From: an uncultured Gemmatimonadaceae bacterium
Lineage (GTDB): Bacteria > Gemmatimonadota > Gemmatimonadetes > Gemmatimonadales > Gemmatimonadaceae
Assembly: GCA_963761305.1 (NCBI GenBank)
Contig: CAVXGK010000001.1
Location: 1,152,001-1,216,000, forward strand
Direction of reading: 5' to 3'
DNA: 64,000 nucleotides
Each line of letters begins with the position of its first letter. The stretch's first letter is position 1. The notes below the pieces were generated by a model. That model saw only the letters and a program-made list of their open reading frames with translations, searched no databases and was not told the origin of the DNA. The translations under genes were made by a program, and so were the position numbers. Positions 46,672 to 55,302 of the stretch are shown here, piece after piece.

Positions 46672-47457
46672 ATGCGCCTCACACTCGGCTCGCTCGCCCT
46701 CGTGGCGAGCCTCGCTCTGCCCGCCGCCGGGCAGGCCCGCCAAACGGACGACAGTTTCAAGTGGTCGGGACCGGTTCCCGCCGGAAGCTGGATCCAAGTC
46801 AGCAACATGAACGGCGGCGTCACCGTCGGCGCGGCCAGTGGGTCGGAGGTGCAGGTCACAGCGACAAAACGGTGGCGGCGCGGCGACCCGGCGACGGTGC
46901 GCATCGAGACGAAAAAGGTCGGCGACAACGTCGTCGTTTGCGCGCTATGGGGCGAACGCTCGTCGTGCGACGAGCGCGGCTCGCACCACAGTGAGAACAG
47001 CGGCAGCCGCAACGACGTCAGCGTCGACTTCAACGTGCTCGTGCCGCGCGGCGTGAAGGTCAACGTGGGTACGGCCAACGGATCGGTGACGGTGGATGGA
47101 GCGACTTCCGAGGTCGAAGCCATGACCGTGAACGGCGAGGTGAATGTCACGACGAGCGGCGGACCGGTAAACGCCGCGACGACGAACGGCAGCGTGCGTG
47201 TGCGGATGGGGCACGTCGACGCCGCCGATCGGATGTCGTTCGGCACGGTGAACGGCAGCGTTACGGTCGAGTTCCCTGGCGACTTCAACGGCGACGTGGA
47301 CCTGTCGACCGTGAACGGCTCGCTCAACACGAACTTCGAGATGACGTTGAGCGGCCGGCTGGACCCGAAGCATCTCCGTGCGCACATCGGCAAGCCCGGC
47401 GAGGCCCGGATGAGGCTCGAGACCGTCAACGGAAACGTCGAGCTGCGTAAGCGTTAG
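46672..47457 (+). CDS. DUF4097 beta-strand repeat protein
   Basis: Signal peptide; TVNG repeats. Confidence 0.9.
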   Translation: MRLTLGSLALVASLALPAAGQARQTDDSFKWSGPVPAGSWIQVSNMNGGVTVGAASGSEVQVTATKRWRRGDPATVRIETKKVGDNVVVCALWGERSSCDERGSHHSENSGSRNDVSVDFNVLVPRGVKVNVGTANGSVTVDGATSEVEAMTVNGEVNVTTSGGPVNAATTNGSVRVRMGHVDAADRMSFGTVNGSVTVEFPGDFNGDVDLSTVNGSLNTNFEMTLSGRLDPKHLRAHIGKPGEARMRLETVNGNVELRKR

Positions 47458-47539
47458 GCGCCGCCGCTGTCGGTCGGAACTTTCCGATTGACGGCCCCGT
47501 AGGTTTCCTGTCGCGCGAGAGGTCTACCGACAGGAGATT

Positions 47540-48382
47540 GTGTCAATGCAACGAGCCGGCTTTCTAGTCCTCGCCATGGCGGCATTGGCCGCCGGTTGTT
47601 CACACGCCGGCTCGAGCGAGCGCGCCTGGGAGACCTCGCTCGACCTTCCGCCGGGCGCGACCGTGCATCTGCGCAACGGCGTCGGCGACATCACGGTGCG
47701 TCAGGCAACCCCAGGCGTACACACCGCGACGCTCACGGCGGCCGTCGAATGGCGTCGCGGGCGAGAAAAGGACGTGGCTTTCCGAATCGACCACGAAGGC
47801 AACGACTATTACGTCTGCGCCATGTGGAAGGGCAGCGGGAACTGCGGCGCGAGCGGATATCGCGGCCGCAGCAGATCGGGCGGCTTGCTCGAGATGTTCG
47901 CGCTGTTCCATCGGTCGAGCGACGCGGTCGCGAACATCGTTGCTCAATTGCCGGCCGACGTGATCGTCGATGCGAAGACGACCAGCGGCTCGGTTGACGT
48001 GGAGGGCGCGTCGTCCGGTGTAACAGCCAAGACGAGCAACGGCACGGTGACTGCGTCGCACGTGTCCGGCCCGATGACCCTGAGCACGATCAACGGCAAC
48101 GTTCGTCTGTCTCTCGATGCCGCGGCGGCGAGCGATTCGATACACCTCCAGACGACGAACGGCATGATCAACGCCGAGCTTCCTCAGGGGATCGACGGCA
48201 TGTTCGACCTGTCCGTGACGAATGGTGTGGTCCGGACGGACCTTCCGATCAACAACCAAAAGGCCGATCGCGCCGGACGCCGTCTGCGCGGTCAAATCGG
48301 CACGTCGAGCCGGGTGGTCCGGATGCGCACCACCAACGGCACGCTCTCCGTGACCAGCAGGGGCGCTACGACGTCGCACTAG
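47540..48382 (+). CDS. DUF4097 beta-strand repeat lipoprotein
   Basis: LAAGC lipobox; TTNG/TSNG repeats. Confidence 0.88.
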   Translation: MSMQRAGFLVLAMAALAAGCSHAGSSERAWETSLDLPPGATVHLRNGVGDITVRQATPGVHTATLTAAVEWRRGREKDVAFRIDHEGNDYYVCAMWKGSGNCGASGYRGRSRSGGLLEMFALFHRSSDAVANIVAQLPADVIVDAKTTSGSVDVEGASSGVTAKTSNGTVTASHVSGPMTLSTINGNVRLSLDAAAASDSIHLQTTNGMINAELPQGIDGMFDLSVTNGVVRTDLPINNQKADRAGRRLRGQIGTSSRVVRMRTTNGTLSVTSRGATTSH

Positions 48383-48504
48383 GAGCCGCGCCGGAGCCGG
48401 CGACGCTCGCCGGCGGGCTGCGTCTCGTCTGGCACCGCCCGCCCCGGCGGGGGTATTATTCGAGCGTAGTCCCTACCAGATCTCCAACGGAGTTTTCGAG
48501 ACCC

Positions 48505-49188
48505 ATGGGTTTCTCATACGCACCCGCGACCACTCAAGTCCGGACCGGCGTCGAGCGCGCGACTCTGGCGCGCCGCACCTACGGCTTGGTGTTCCTCAGC
48601 GTGCTCGTCACGATGGGCGGTGTCGCGTTCACCGGGACGCAGCCCGCACTTAGGGATGCGGTCGGGCAGCACCCGTTCCTGGCCTTGATCGCGGTGATGG
48701 CGCCGCTCTTTCTCGCGCAGAGGAACGCGCGGAGCTTTCCGCGCAACGTCATTCTCACGCTGCTGTTCACGTTCGTCGAAGGCGTATGGCTCGCGCCATT
48801 CCTGTACGCGATGCAGCAGACGGCCCCCGGGGCCGTTGGCCAGGCCGGGATTCTGACGTTCAGCGCGTTCGGCGCGCTTTCGCTGTATGCGCTGACGAGC
48901 CGCCGGGATTTCAGCGCGTGGGGCAGCTTCCTCACCGTCGGCCTGATCGTGCTCATCGTGGCGATGTTGATCAACGTCTTCGTCGCGAGCGTCGGCGCCT
49001 CTCTGTGGATGTCCGCCGTGGGCGTGTTGATCTTCGGCGGACTGCTGGTGTTCGACACGTGGCGCTTCATGCGCAGCGGCCGCTTCGGTCCGGACGACTA
49101 CGTTTTCGCCGCTGTCCAGATCTATCTCGATCTGCTGAACATGTTCGTCTTCATCCTGAGCCTTCTGGGCGGCGGCCGACGCCGATAG
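48505..49188 (+). CDS. Bax inhibitor-1/YccA family membrane protein
   Basis: 7 TM; LLVFDT, AAVQIYLDLLNMF. Confidence 0.94.
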   Translation: MGFSYAPATTQVRTGVERATLARRTYGLVFLSVLVTMGGVAFTGTQPALRDAVGQHPFLALIAVMAPLFLAQRNARSFPRNVILTLLFTFVEGVWLAPFLYAMQQTAPGAVGQAGILTFSAFGALSLYALTSRRDFSAWGSFLTVGLIVLIVAMLINVFVASVGASLWMSAVGVLIFGGLLVFDTWRFMRSGRFGPDDYVFAAVQIYLDLLNMFVFILSLLGGGRRR

Positions 49189-49926
49189 TTGGCGCCTCCC
49201 GAGAAGCCGAGCATCGGATGCATCTTCGCGCATCCTGACGACGAAACGTTCTGTGTAGGCGGTATCGTCGCGAAGTACGCGTCGGCGGGACACGAGGTCC
49301 ATTTATGGTGTGCAACGGACGGGGATGCCGGCAAGAGTGCCGGCGTCCCCGTTTCGTCTCGAGAGGAGCTCGCCGCGCTCCGTCGCCGGGAGCTGGCCGA
49401 GGCGGCGCGCTTACTCGGCATATCGTCCGTCGAGTCGGGCGGCTATCGGGACGGAGGGCTCGCGCGCACCGACGCGGCGACGCTCATCGCCGACATCGTC
49501 AGCTTCATTCGGCGCAAACGCCCGACGGTGATCCTGACGTTCGGCCCCGAAGGCGCGCCGACGGGCCACGCGGACCACTCGGCGACGTCGCGCGTGGCGA
49601 CGGCCGCGTTCTTTCTGTCCGGACTCGCCACGTCCCACGTCGACCAGAATCTCGCACCGCATCGCGCCGCGAGGCTCTTCTACCACGCGTGGGATTTCCC
49701 ATTCCTCGAGAAGCGGCTCAAGCTCGAGAGCGTCCCCGGCACGGCTCGCATCGACGTCAGGGCGTGGAAGGACCGGAAGTCCGCCGCGTTCGCCGCGCAC
49801 GCGACGCAGCAAGGATCGGCGGCGGTGTTTTTCTCCGGCGCGTTTTTCGACGTCGAGATCCTGGCGCTCGCGGCGGGTGTGCCGCAGCCGGCGGTGATGA
49901 TCGACGACGTCTTTGCGGGGCTCTGA
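49189..49926 (+). CDS. PIG-L/LmbE family deacetylase
   Basis: FAHPDDE, TDGDAG, GHADH, AHATQ. Confidence 0.93.
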   Translation: MAPPEKPSIGCIFAHPDDETFCVGGIVAKYASAGHEVHLWCATDGDAGKSAGVPVSSREELAALRRRELAEAARLLGISSVESGGYRDGGLARTDAATLIADIVSFIRRKRPTVILTFGPEGAPTGHADHSATSRVATAAFFLSGLATSHVDQNLAPHRAARLFYHAWDFPFLEKRLKLESVPGTARIDVRAWKDRKSAAFAAHATQQGSAAVFFSGAFFDVEILALAAGVPQPAVMIDDVFAGL

Positions 49927-49931
49927 GGGGC

Positions 49932-50225
49932 CTACGTCGGCGCGCCGGTCACCGTCTCGATCTTCTCGGCCAGCCGCAGATCGGCTTCAGTGATCCCGCC
50001 CGCATCGTGCGTCGACAGCATGATGGTAATCTTGGTGTACCGAACGTCGATGTCGGGATGATGATTCATGTCGTCGGCGACTCTCGCCAGTCGATCGACG
50101 AAGCGAATGCCGTCCGCGAATCGGTCGAATGAAAAAGTCTTTGTGAGCACCGCGCCTCGGCGCGCCCAACCGGGAAGCCCCCCGAGCGCACGTTGAACCT
50201 CGAGATCGGAGAGTTTCTGTCGCAC
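49932..50225 (-). CDS. Pterin-4-alpha-carbinolamine dehydratase
   Basis: NHHPDI, LSTHDAGGIT..DLRLA. Confidence 0.94.
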   Translation of the reverse strand: MRQKLSDLEVQRALGGLPGWARRGAVLTKTFSFDRFADGIRFVDRLARVADDMNHHPDIDVRYTKITIMLSTHDAGGITEADLRLAEKIETVTGAPT

Positions 50226-50270
50226 ATCGCCTCGCTGTTACGGGTCGACCGACGTCGGAGATACTACACC

Positions 50271-50873
50271 GTGCCGGGCCTTCGAGCCATTGCGGCCGGC
50301 GCATTTCTTCTTGTGGCGCACGCGCCGTGCCGAGCTCAGGACTCGACGGCTTCCACGGTCGGTTCGGCGTATTGGAGCCGCTTCGGCATCGGTGCAATCA
50401 CCAGCATTCTTCTGCACGAGGCCGGGCACATCGCGACGTCGATTGCGGTTGGCGCCCGCCCGACGTTCGGCTTCGACGATCTGCGGCCGACGATCTACTC
50501 GGGCATCAACTCGCATGTCGAGCCCCACAAGCAATTCCTCTTCTCGGCGTCGGGCCTCACCGTCCAGACGCTGATCGACGAGGGCATCCTTGACATCCCG
50601 CACTCGGGCGGCGGCGCATTCGAGCGCGGCATCCTCGGCGGCGGAATCGGTACGACGCTCTTCTATCTGACGATTGGCCGGACCGGTTCGGTGAGCGACG
50701 TCGACTTCATGGCGCGAACGCACGCGCTCACGAAGACCCAGGTCACGCTGATCTTCGGCAGCTTCGCGGCGATGCACACGATTCGGATCGCGAGAGACCC
50801 CAAGTACGCGAACTTCTTCGCGCGTCAGACGGCAGATGGGCGAATGGAGCTCGGGTTCGAGCTGAACAGATAG
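50271..50873 (+). CDS. Hypothetical protein with HExxH motif
   Basis: Signal-like N-terminus; LLHEAGHIA; start uncertain. Confidence 0.65.
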   Translation: MPGLRAIAAGAFLLVAHAPCRAQDSTASTVGSAYWSRFGIGAITSILLHEAGHIATSIAVGARPTFGFDDLRPTIYSGINSHVEPHKQFLFSASGLTVQTLIDEGILDIPHSGGGAFERGILGGGIGTTLFYLTIGRTGSVSDVDFMARTHALTKTQVTLIFGSFAAMHTIRIARDPKYANFFARQTADGRMELGFELNR

Positions 50874-50900
50874 GTGGTGGACCGGTAGACCGGTGGACCG
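50874..50900. repeat. Octamer array (GGTGGACC)n
   Basis: ggtggacc ggtagacc ggtggacc. Confidence 0.75.
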
Positions 50901-50909
50901 AGAGCAGGC

Positions 50910-50938
50910 TTGCGGCTTCGGTGTGTGTTCGGTAGTCT
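50910..50938 (+). promoter_or_regulatory. Promoter TTGCGG-N17-TAGTCT containing candidate SOS box TTCGG-N6-TTCGGTA
   Basis: Same direct repeat occurs upstream of imuA. Confidence 0.6.
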
Positions 50939-52069
50939 GTGTTGGAGGTCAGACGTCCGATTTCTACACGCCGAAGCTTGCCCGTCCGACGCGCCAACGC
51001 CGTTCAATCGGCGCTCTTCGATCAGGAGACGCTTGGCCGCGCTCTGCCGATCGTCGGCGAGCAGAAGGACATCCGCTACATCGGGCTCACGTCACAGTCG
51101 GTGCTCAACGATCCCGACACGACCGGCATGGGCTTCTGGTCGCTCAATCCGTACGTCGGCTGCGCCTTCGGATGCGCGTATTGCTACGCGCGTTACACGC
51201 ATCGATGGGTGCTCGACCGACACGCGAAGGCGAATCCGGATCATGAGGACCTGCGCACCGCGCATGAGACGATGGCACCATGGCTGGCGTTCGAGCGGCG
51301 CATTTTCGTCAAGCAGAATGCCGCCGACGTGCTGCGACGCACGCTGCGACACGGCTCCGAGAAACATCTCGCGCTCATCGCCGGCGAGACGATCGTCATC
51401 GGCACGGCGACAGATCCCTTTCAGCCGGCCGAGCGACGTTATCGCGTGACGCGATCGATGCTCGAGGTCTTGGCCGAGCACGCCGGTCTTTCGATCTGCA
51501 TCATCACGAAGAGCCCGCTCATCACGCGCGACATCGATGTGCTCACGCGAATCGCGCGCAGCTCGACGCTCTCCGTGCATCTCTCCCTCATCTCGATCGA
51601 CCGCGATCTCGCCCGGCTTCTCGAGCCACGCGCGCCGACGCCCGATGCGCGCCTGCGCGCGCTCGCCCGGCTTCGCGCCGCGGGAATCGAGACAGGCATC
51701 AACGTCATGCCGGTGCTTCCGGCGATCACCGACGCGCCCGACGCGCTCGAGCGGCTCGTCCAAGCAGTGGCCGAGCGCGGCGCGTCGTACGTCAACGCGT
51801 GTCCGCTGCGTTTGCGATCATCGGCGCGAATGCGGTACCTGCCGTTCATCGAAAAGGAATTCCCGCATCTCGCGCGCAGATATCGGGCGACGTTCGCCAA
51901 CGATCACAAGGTGAGTGCCGAGTACACCGAGAGCTTGCGATCGCGCATGCGGGCGTTGTGCGAGACGTACGGCGTCGCGTACGGCTACTACGGGCGCGCG
52001 CCATATCGAGCGATCGAGGAGAAGCTGGCGAGCGACGATCAACTCGAACTTTCCGAGATGCTCGGCTGA
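50939..52069 (+). CDS. Radical SAM protein, SplB/Rv2578c-like (putative DNA repair)
   Basis: SLNPYVGCAFGCAYCYAR, GTATDPFQPAE, ITKS, LEPRAPTP; true start may be slightly downstream. Confidence 0.92.
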   Translation: MLEVRRPISTRRSLPVRRANAVQSALFDQETLGRALPIVGEQKDIRYIGLTSQSVLNDPDTTGMGFWSLNPYVGCAFGCAYCYARYTHRWVLDRHAKANPDHEDLRTAHETMAPWLAFERRIFVKQNAADVLRRTLRHGSEKHLALIAGETIVIGTATDPFQPAERRYRVTRSMLEVLAEHAGLSICIITKSPLITRDIDVLTRIARSSTLSVHLSLISIDRDLARLLEPRAPTPDARLRALARLRAAGIETGINVMPVLPAITDAPDALERLVQAVAERGASYVNACPLRLRSSARMRYLPFIEKEFPHLARRYRATFANDHKVSAEYTESLRSRMRALCETYGVAYGYYGRAPYRAIEEKLASDDQLELSEMLG

Positions 52070-52076
52070 GTCCTCG

Positions 52077-52493
52077 CTACGACACGTAGGCGTCGACGGG
52101 AACGAGCCGAAGCCCGGCGACGCGACGAAAGTCTCGTTGGTTCAAGGTCGCGAGCCCGTATCCTCGCGCCAGCGCCGCGGCGCCAATCAGCAGATCGTGC
52201 GGGCCGATCATCGCGCCTGTGTTGACGAGCTCCGCCCACAGCTCGGCATGTCGGCGAGCATCAGGCAGTCCAAATGAGAGCACGGGCACCGCGTCGAGGA
52301 TGGCTTCGACGAACGCCGATCGTCGCGCCCTTGTTCCGGGGTCGCGAGCACGATGACAGCCGTGAAGCAGTTCCGACGCAGTGATCACGCTGATTGCGAT
52401 CGGCTCGTCACCCAATGAATCGAGCAGCGCCTCGAAGCGAAACGTGCGGCGCTCGGCGGCGATGAGGACGGACGTGTCGAGAATTACTCCCAA
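52077..52493 (-). CDS. PIN-domain (VapC) toxin
   Basis: VILDTSVLI, TASEL, HDLLIGAAA, TLNQRDF. Confidence 0.93.
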   Translation of the reverse strand: MGVILDTSVLIAAERRTFRFEALLDSLGDEPIAISVITASELLHGCHRARDPGTRARRSAFVEAILDAVPVLSFGLPDARRHAELWAELVNTGAMIGPHDLLIGAAALARGYGLATLNQRDFRRVAGLRLVPVDAYVS

Positions 52494-52774
52494 GGCGACC
52501 GAATCGGCGGAAGCCCATCGCGGCCAGTTTCGAGGTCGCGCGCGAAAGATTCGGCCTCGTCGGGGGAGAGTCGAGGCATCGAACGCCACCGTGCGGCCAG
52601 CTCTTTTGCCGAGAGTTGCTTCGCCGATCGCTCACTCTCGGTTGCTGGTACGAGGTACAGAGCGACCGCCTCACGGGCCATTTGGGATTTTGGAACGCCG
52701 AGTGCGCGCGCCTTTCGCGCGAGGGCACGAGCCAGCTCGGCAGGTAGGCGAAGCGTGAGGTGAGAGTCTTTCAT
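52484..52774 (-). CDS. Ribbon-helix-helix antitoxin
   Basis: LTLRLPAEL...PKSQMAREAV; overlaps the toxin start. Confidence 0.85.
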   Translation of the reverse strand: MKDSHLTLRLPAELARALARKARALGVPKSQMAREAVALYLVPATESERSAKQLSAKELAARWRSMPRLSPDEAESFARDLETGRDGLPPIRSPWE

Positions 52775-52876
52775 GTGTTACAATGTAGTGCTTACGTAGT
52801 ACGCCTGACCAGAGGGCCGCCGAGGTCGGCGAGAATCACGTTTCTGTTCCTCGACAGAAGGCTTGTGGATTTATTC

Positions 52877-52905
52877 TTGCTTTCGGTTTCTGTTCGGTAT
52901 AGTTT
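52877..52905 (+). promoter_or_regulatory. Promoter TTGCTT-N17-TAGTTT containing candidate SOS box TTCGG-N6-TTCGGTA
   Basis: Upstream of imuA; matches 50917-50934. Confidence 0.6.
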
Positions 52906-52925
52906 CTTCCCCCGATCAGAACCGA

Positions 52926-53633
52926 ATGTCTGCCTCCGTCGCCGCCCTCCGAGCTCTCATCCAGCAGCGTTTCCCCGACGCTGCCCCTCTCACAAGGGGG
53001 GATGGAGCGCAGGGCACAGACGGCGTCGCCACCGGCATCGCCGCACTCGACCGGCTGCTTCCCAACCACGGCCTTCCCCGCGGCCGGCTCTCTGCCTGGG
53101 CTCCATTTGGCGCCGCCAACGCGATTCTCCGCTCGGCGTGTCACGCCGTCGTCGCGGCGGGTGAACGGGCGGCCTGGATCGACACCGACAACACCGTCGC
53201 CGGTGCGTTCTGGTCGTGGAACTCGAGCAGCCTCTACCTCGTCCGACCCAAGTCGCGACTCGACGCCTTTCGGGCTGCCGACGAGCTCCTGCGGTCGGGC
53301 GGTTTTTCACTTCTCGTATTAACTGGCGCTGAACCACAGGGCACCGAGACCGTGCGGCTCACGCGCGCCGCGCGCGAAGGGGGCGCCGCGCTCGTCGCCG
53401 TCGGCACGTCGGCGTCGATGGCCAGCCTCCGTCTCACGTCGCGCCTGCTCCACTACCACTGGCGTCTCACGCCGTTCGGCGATCCCGCGGACGCCGAGCG
53501 CGCCGACGTTCGCATCGACGCGCGCTCCGCCGGATGGAACGCGCACACGACCTTTTCCCTCGCCGTGATGAATCATGAGCTACGTCTGTCTCTGGAGTCC
53601 GAGTTGGCCGACCGGCGCGGACTTCCCCGCTGA
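52926..53633 (+). CDS. imuA: ImuA/RecA-like mutasome accessory protein
   Basis: VATGIAALDRLLP.HGLPRG, AAWID, LLRSGGF; Walker A degenerate; first gene of the cassette. Confidence 0.8.
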   Translation: MSASVAALRALIQQRFPDAAPLTRGDGAQGTDGVATGIAALDRLLPNHGLPRGRLSAWAPFGAANAILRSACHAVVAAGERAAWIDTDNTVAGAFWSWNSSSLYLVRPKSRLDAFRAADELLRSGGFSLLVLTGAEPQGTETVRLTRAAREGGAALVAVGTSASMASLRLTSRLLHYHWRLTPFGDPADAERADVRIDARSAGWNAHTTFSLAVMNHELRLSLESELADRRGLPR

Positions 53634-54882
53634 TCTCGCCGCCGGATTTCTCGCCGTCGCTCCCCGCATCGCCGTCGGCGAGCGTGGCCTCGTGTGGGGC
53701 GACGCGCGCGGACTCATCGGCAGTCTCCTCGCCGACCAGATGCTCCGCGTCGCCGCCGACTACGGCTTCGACGACGCGCACGCCGGCGTCGCCGTCTCAC
53801 CCGTCGCCGCCGAAGTCGCGGCAACCGAGAGCACCACGCCGGTCGTCGTCGTGCGGCCGGGACAGGAACGCGCGTTCATCGCGCCGTATCCGCTGCGCGT
53901 GTTGTCGCCCGACGAACGCATCGCGCCGTTGCTCGAGGGGCTCGGCATCGAAACCTGCGGCGCGTTCGCCGCACTCGACGCCGAGGCGATCGAGGTCCGA
54001 CTCGGCGCCGACGGGATGAAGCTCTGGCACCGCGCTCGCACCGACGACGAACGCTGGCTCTTTCGAGTTCCCTTACGCGCGTTCCCGAATGCGTCGCTCG
54101 AGTGGGTGGAGTACGGACTCAAGGATCCCGAACGGTTGCTTTTCGTCATCAACTCGCTCGCCGGCACGGTCTGCACCGAGCTGGTCGCGCGCGGCGAGCG
54201 CGCGCGAGAGATGTCGATCATCTTCGCGCTCGGCAACCGCACGCATCGCACGCATCTGATTCGTTCGTCGCGGCCGAGCGCGGAACAAAAGCGGTGGATG
54301 CGTCTCGTGCGCGAGGCGCTCGACACCATCACGCTGCCCGATGCCGTGATGGGCGTGACGCTGCGCGTCGAGTCGGTCACCGGTAACAACGGCGCGCAGG
54401 GCGATCTCTTCGATCGCGGATTCGCCAGCGCGCCCGCCGTCGAGGACGCGATCATCCAGCTCACCGATGATCAGGGCGACGTCGTCGTGACGCCGGAGAA
54501 TTCGGAGCATCCGCTGCTCGAGCTGCGCACGACGTGGCGGACGCGGTCGGGTGAACCGGTGGACCGGCTGACCGGTGGACCGGAGGATCGGCAGACCGGT
54601 CTACCGAGTCTGACGCTTCAACTCCTCCCGACGCCAAAGACCGTCGCCGTCGACACGACGCCGCGGCGCGATCACATCGTGCCCGTGCGCTACCTCGACG
54701 ACAACGAGTGGCACGACATCGTCGAGGTCGCGGGCCCCGATCGCGTGTCGGGGGGTCAATGGAGCGACGCCTATTCGCGCGAGTATTTCCGCTGCGTGCG
54801 CGAGGACGGGATGATGGTGTGGCTGTTTCGCGGCGCGCAGCAGCAGGCGACCGACTGGTTCTTACATGGATGGTGGGACTAA
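53575..54882 (+). CDS. imuB: ImuB, inactive Y-family polymerase
   Basis: GLGIETCG HhH, QGDLF clamp-binding motif, GPDRVSGGQW..REYF...WFLHGWWD. Confidence 0.88.
   Translation: MSYVCLWSPSWPTGADFPADLAAGFLAVAPRIAVGERGLVWGDARGLIGSLLADQMLRVAADYGFDDAHAGVAVSPVAAEVAATESTTPVVVVRPGQERAFIAPYPLRVLSPDERIAPLLEGLGIETCGAFAALDAEAIEVRLGADGMKLWHRARTDDERWLFRVPLRAFPNASLEWVEYGLKDPERLLFVINSLAGTVCTELVARGERAREMSIIFALGNRTHRTHLIRSSRPSAEQKRWMRLVREALDTITLPDAVMGVTLRVESVTGNNGAQGDLFDRGFASAPAVEDAIIQLTDDQGDVVVTPENSEHPLLELRTTWRTRSGEPVDRLTGGPEDRQTGLPSLTLQLLPTPKTVAVDTTPRRDHIVPVRYLDDNEWHDIVEVAGPDRVSGGQWSDAYSREYFRCVREDGMMVWLFRGAQQQATDWFLHGWWD
54549..54608. repeat. Octamer array inside imuB (in frame)
   Basis: ggtgaacc ggtggacc ggctgacc ggtggacc ggaggatc ggcagacc ggtctacc. 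Confidence 0.75.
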
Positions 54883-54891
54883 AACGCGAGG

Positions 54892-55302
54892 ATGAGAGCA
54901 ATGGAACGGTTGACGGGTTCATTCAAGGTGATGCATTGGGAGGAGCGTCCGTACGACGACGCCACGGGGATGCCGATGCTCGCGCACGCGACGGTGACGC
55001 ACGAGCTGACCGGCGACCTCGAAGGCGAAGCGTCGATCACGTATCTGCTGGCGTACGATTCCAACCCCGGAACCGGCGCTTCGTACGTCGGCCTCGCCCG
55101 CATCACGGGGCGGATCGGTGATCGCCACGGCACCTTCGTCGCCCGCGACACGGGCACGTTCGCGAACGGAATCGCCAAGAGCTGCTGGACCATCCTCCCC
55201 GGCCTCGCCACGGGTGCGCTCTGCGGCCTTCGCGGCGAAGGCCACTTCGCCGCCACCGACTCCGGCGCTTCGTATTCCTTCGATTATGAACTGCCAGCTT
55301 GA
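54892..55302 (+). CDS. DUF3224 family protein
   Basis: GDLEGE, YVGLARITG.IGDR.GTF, ILPG.ATG.L.GLRGEG. Confidence 0.85.
   Translation: MRAMERLTGSFKVMHWEERPYDDATGMPMLAHATVTHELTGDLEGEASITYLLAYDSNPGTGASYVGLARITGRIGDRHGTFVARDTGTFANGIAKSCWTILPGLATGALCGLRGEGHFAATDSGASYSFDYELPA

Noticed and set aside
41795..54608. Octamer arrays as CRISPR repeats or IS ends
   Set aside because: Units are 8 bp with no unique spacers, and there are no cas or transposase genes.
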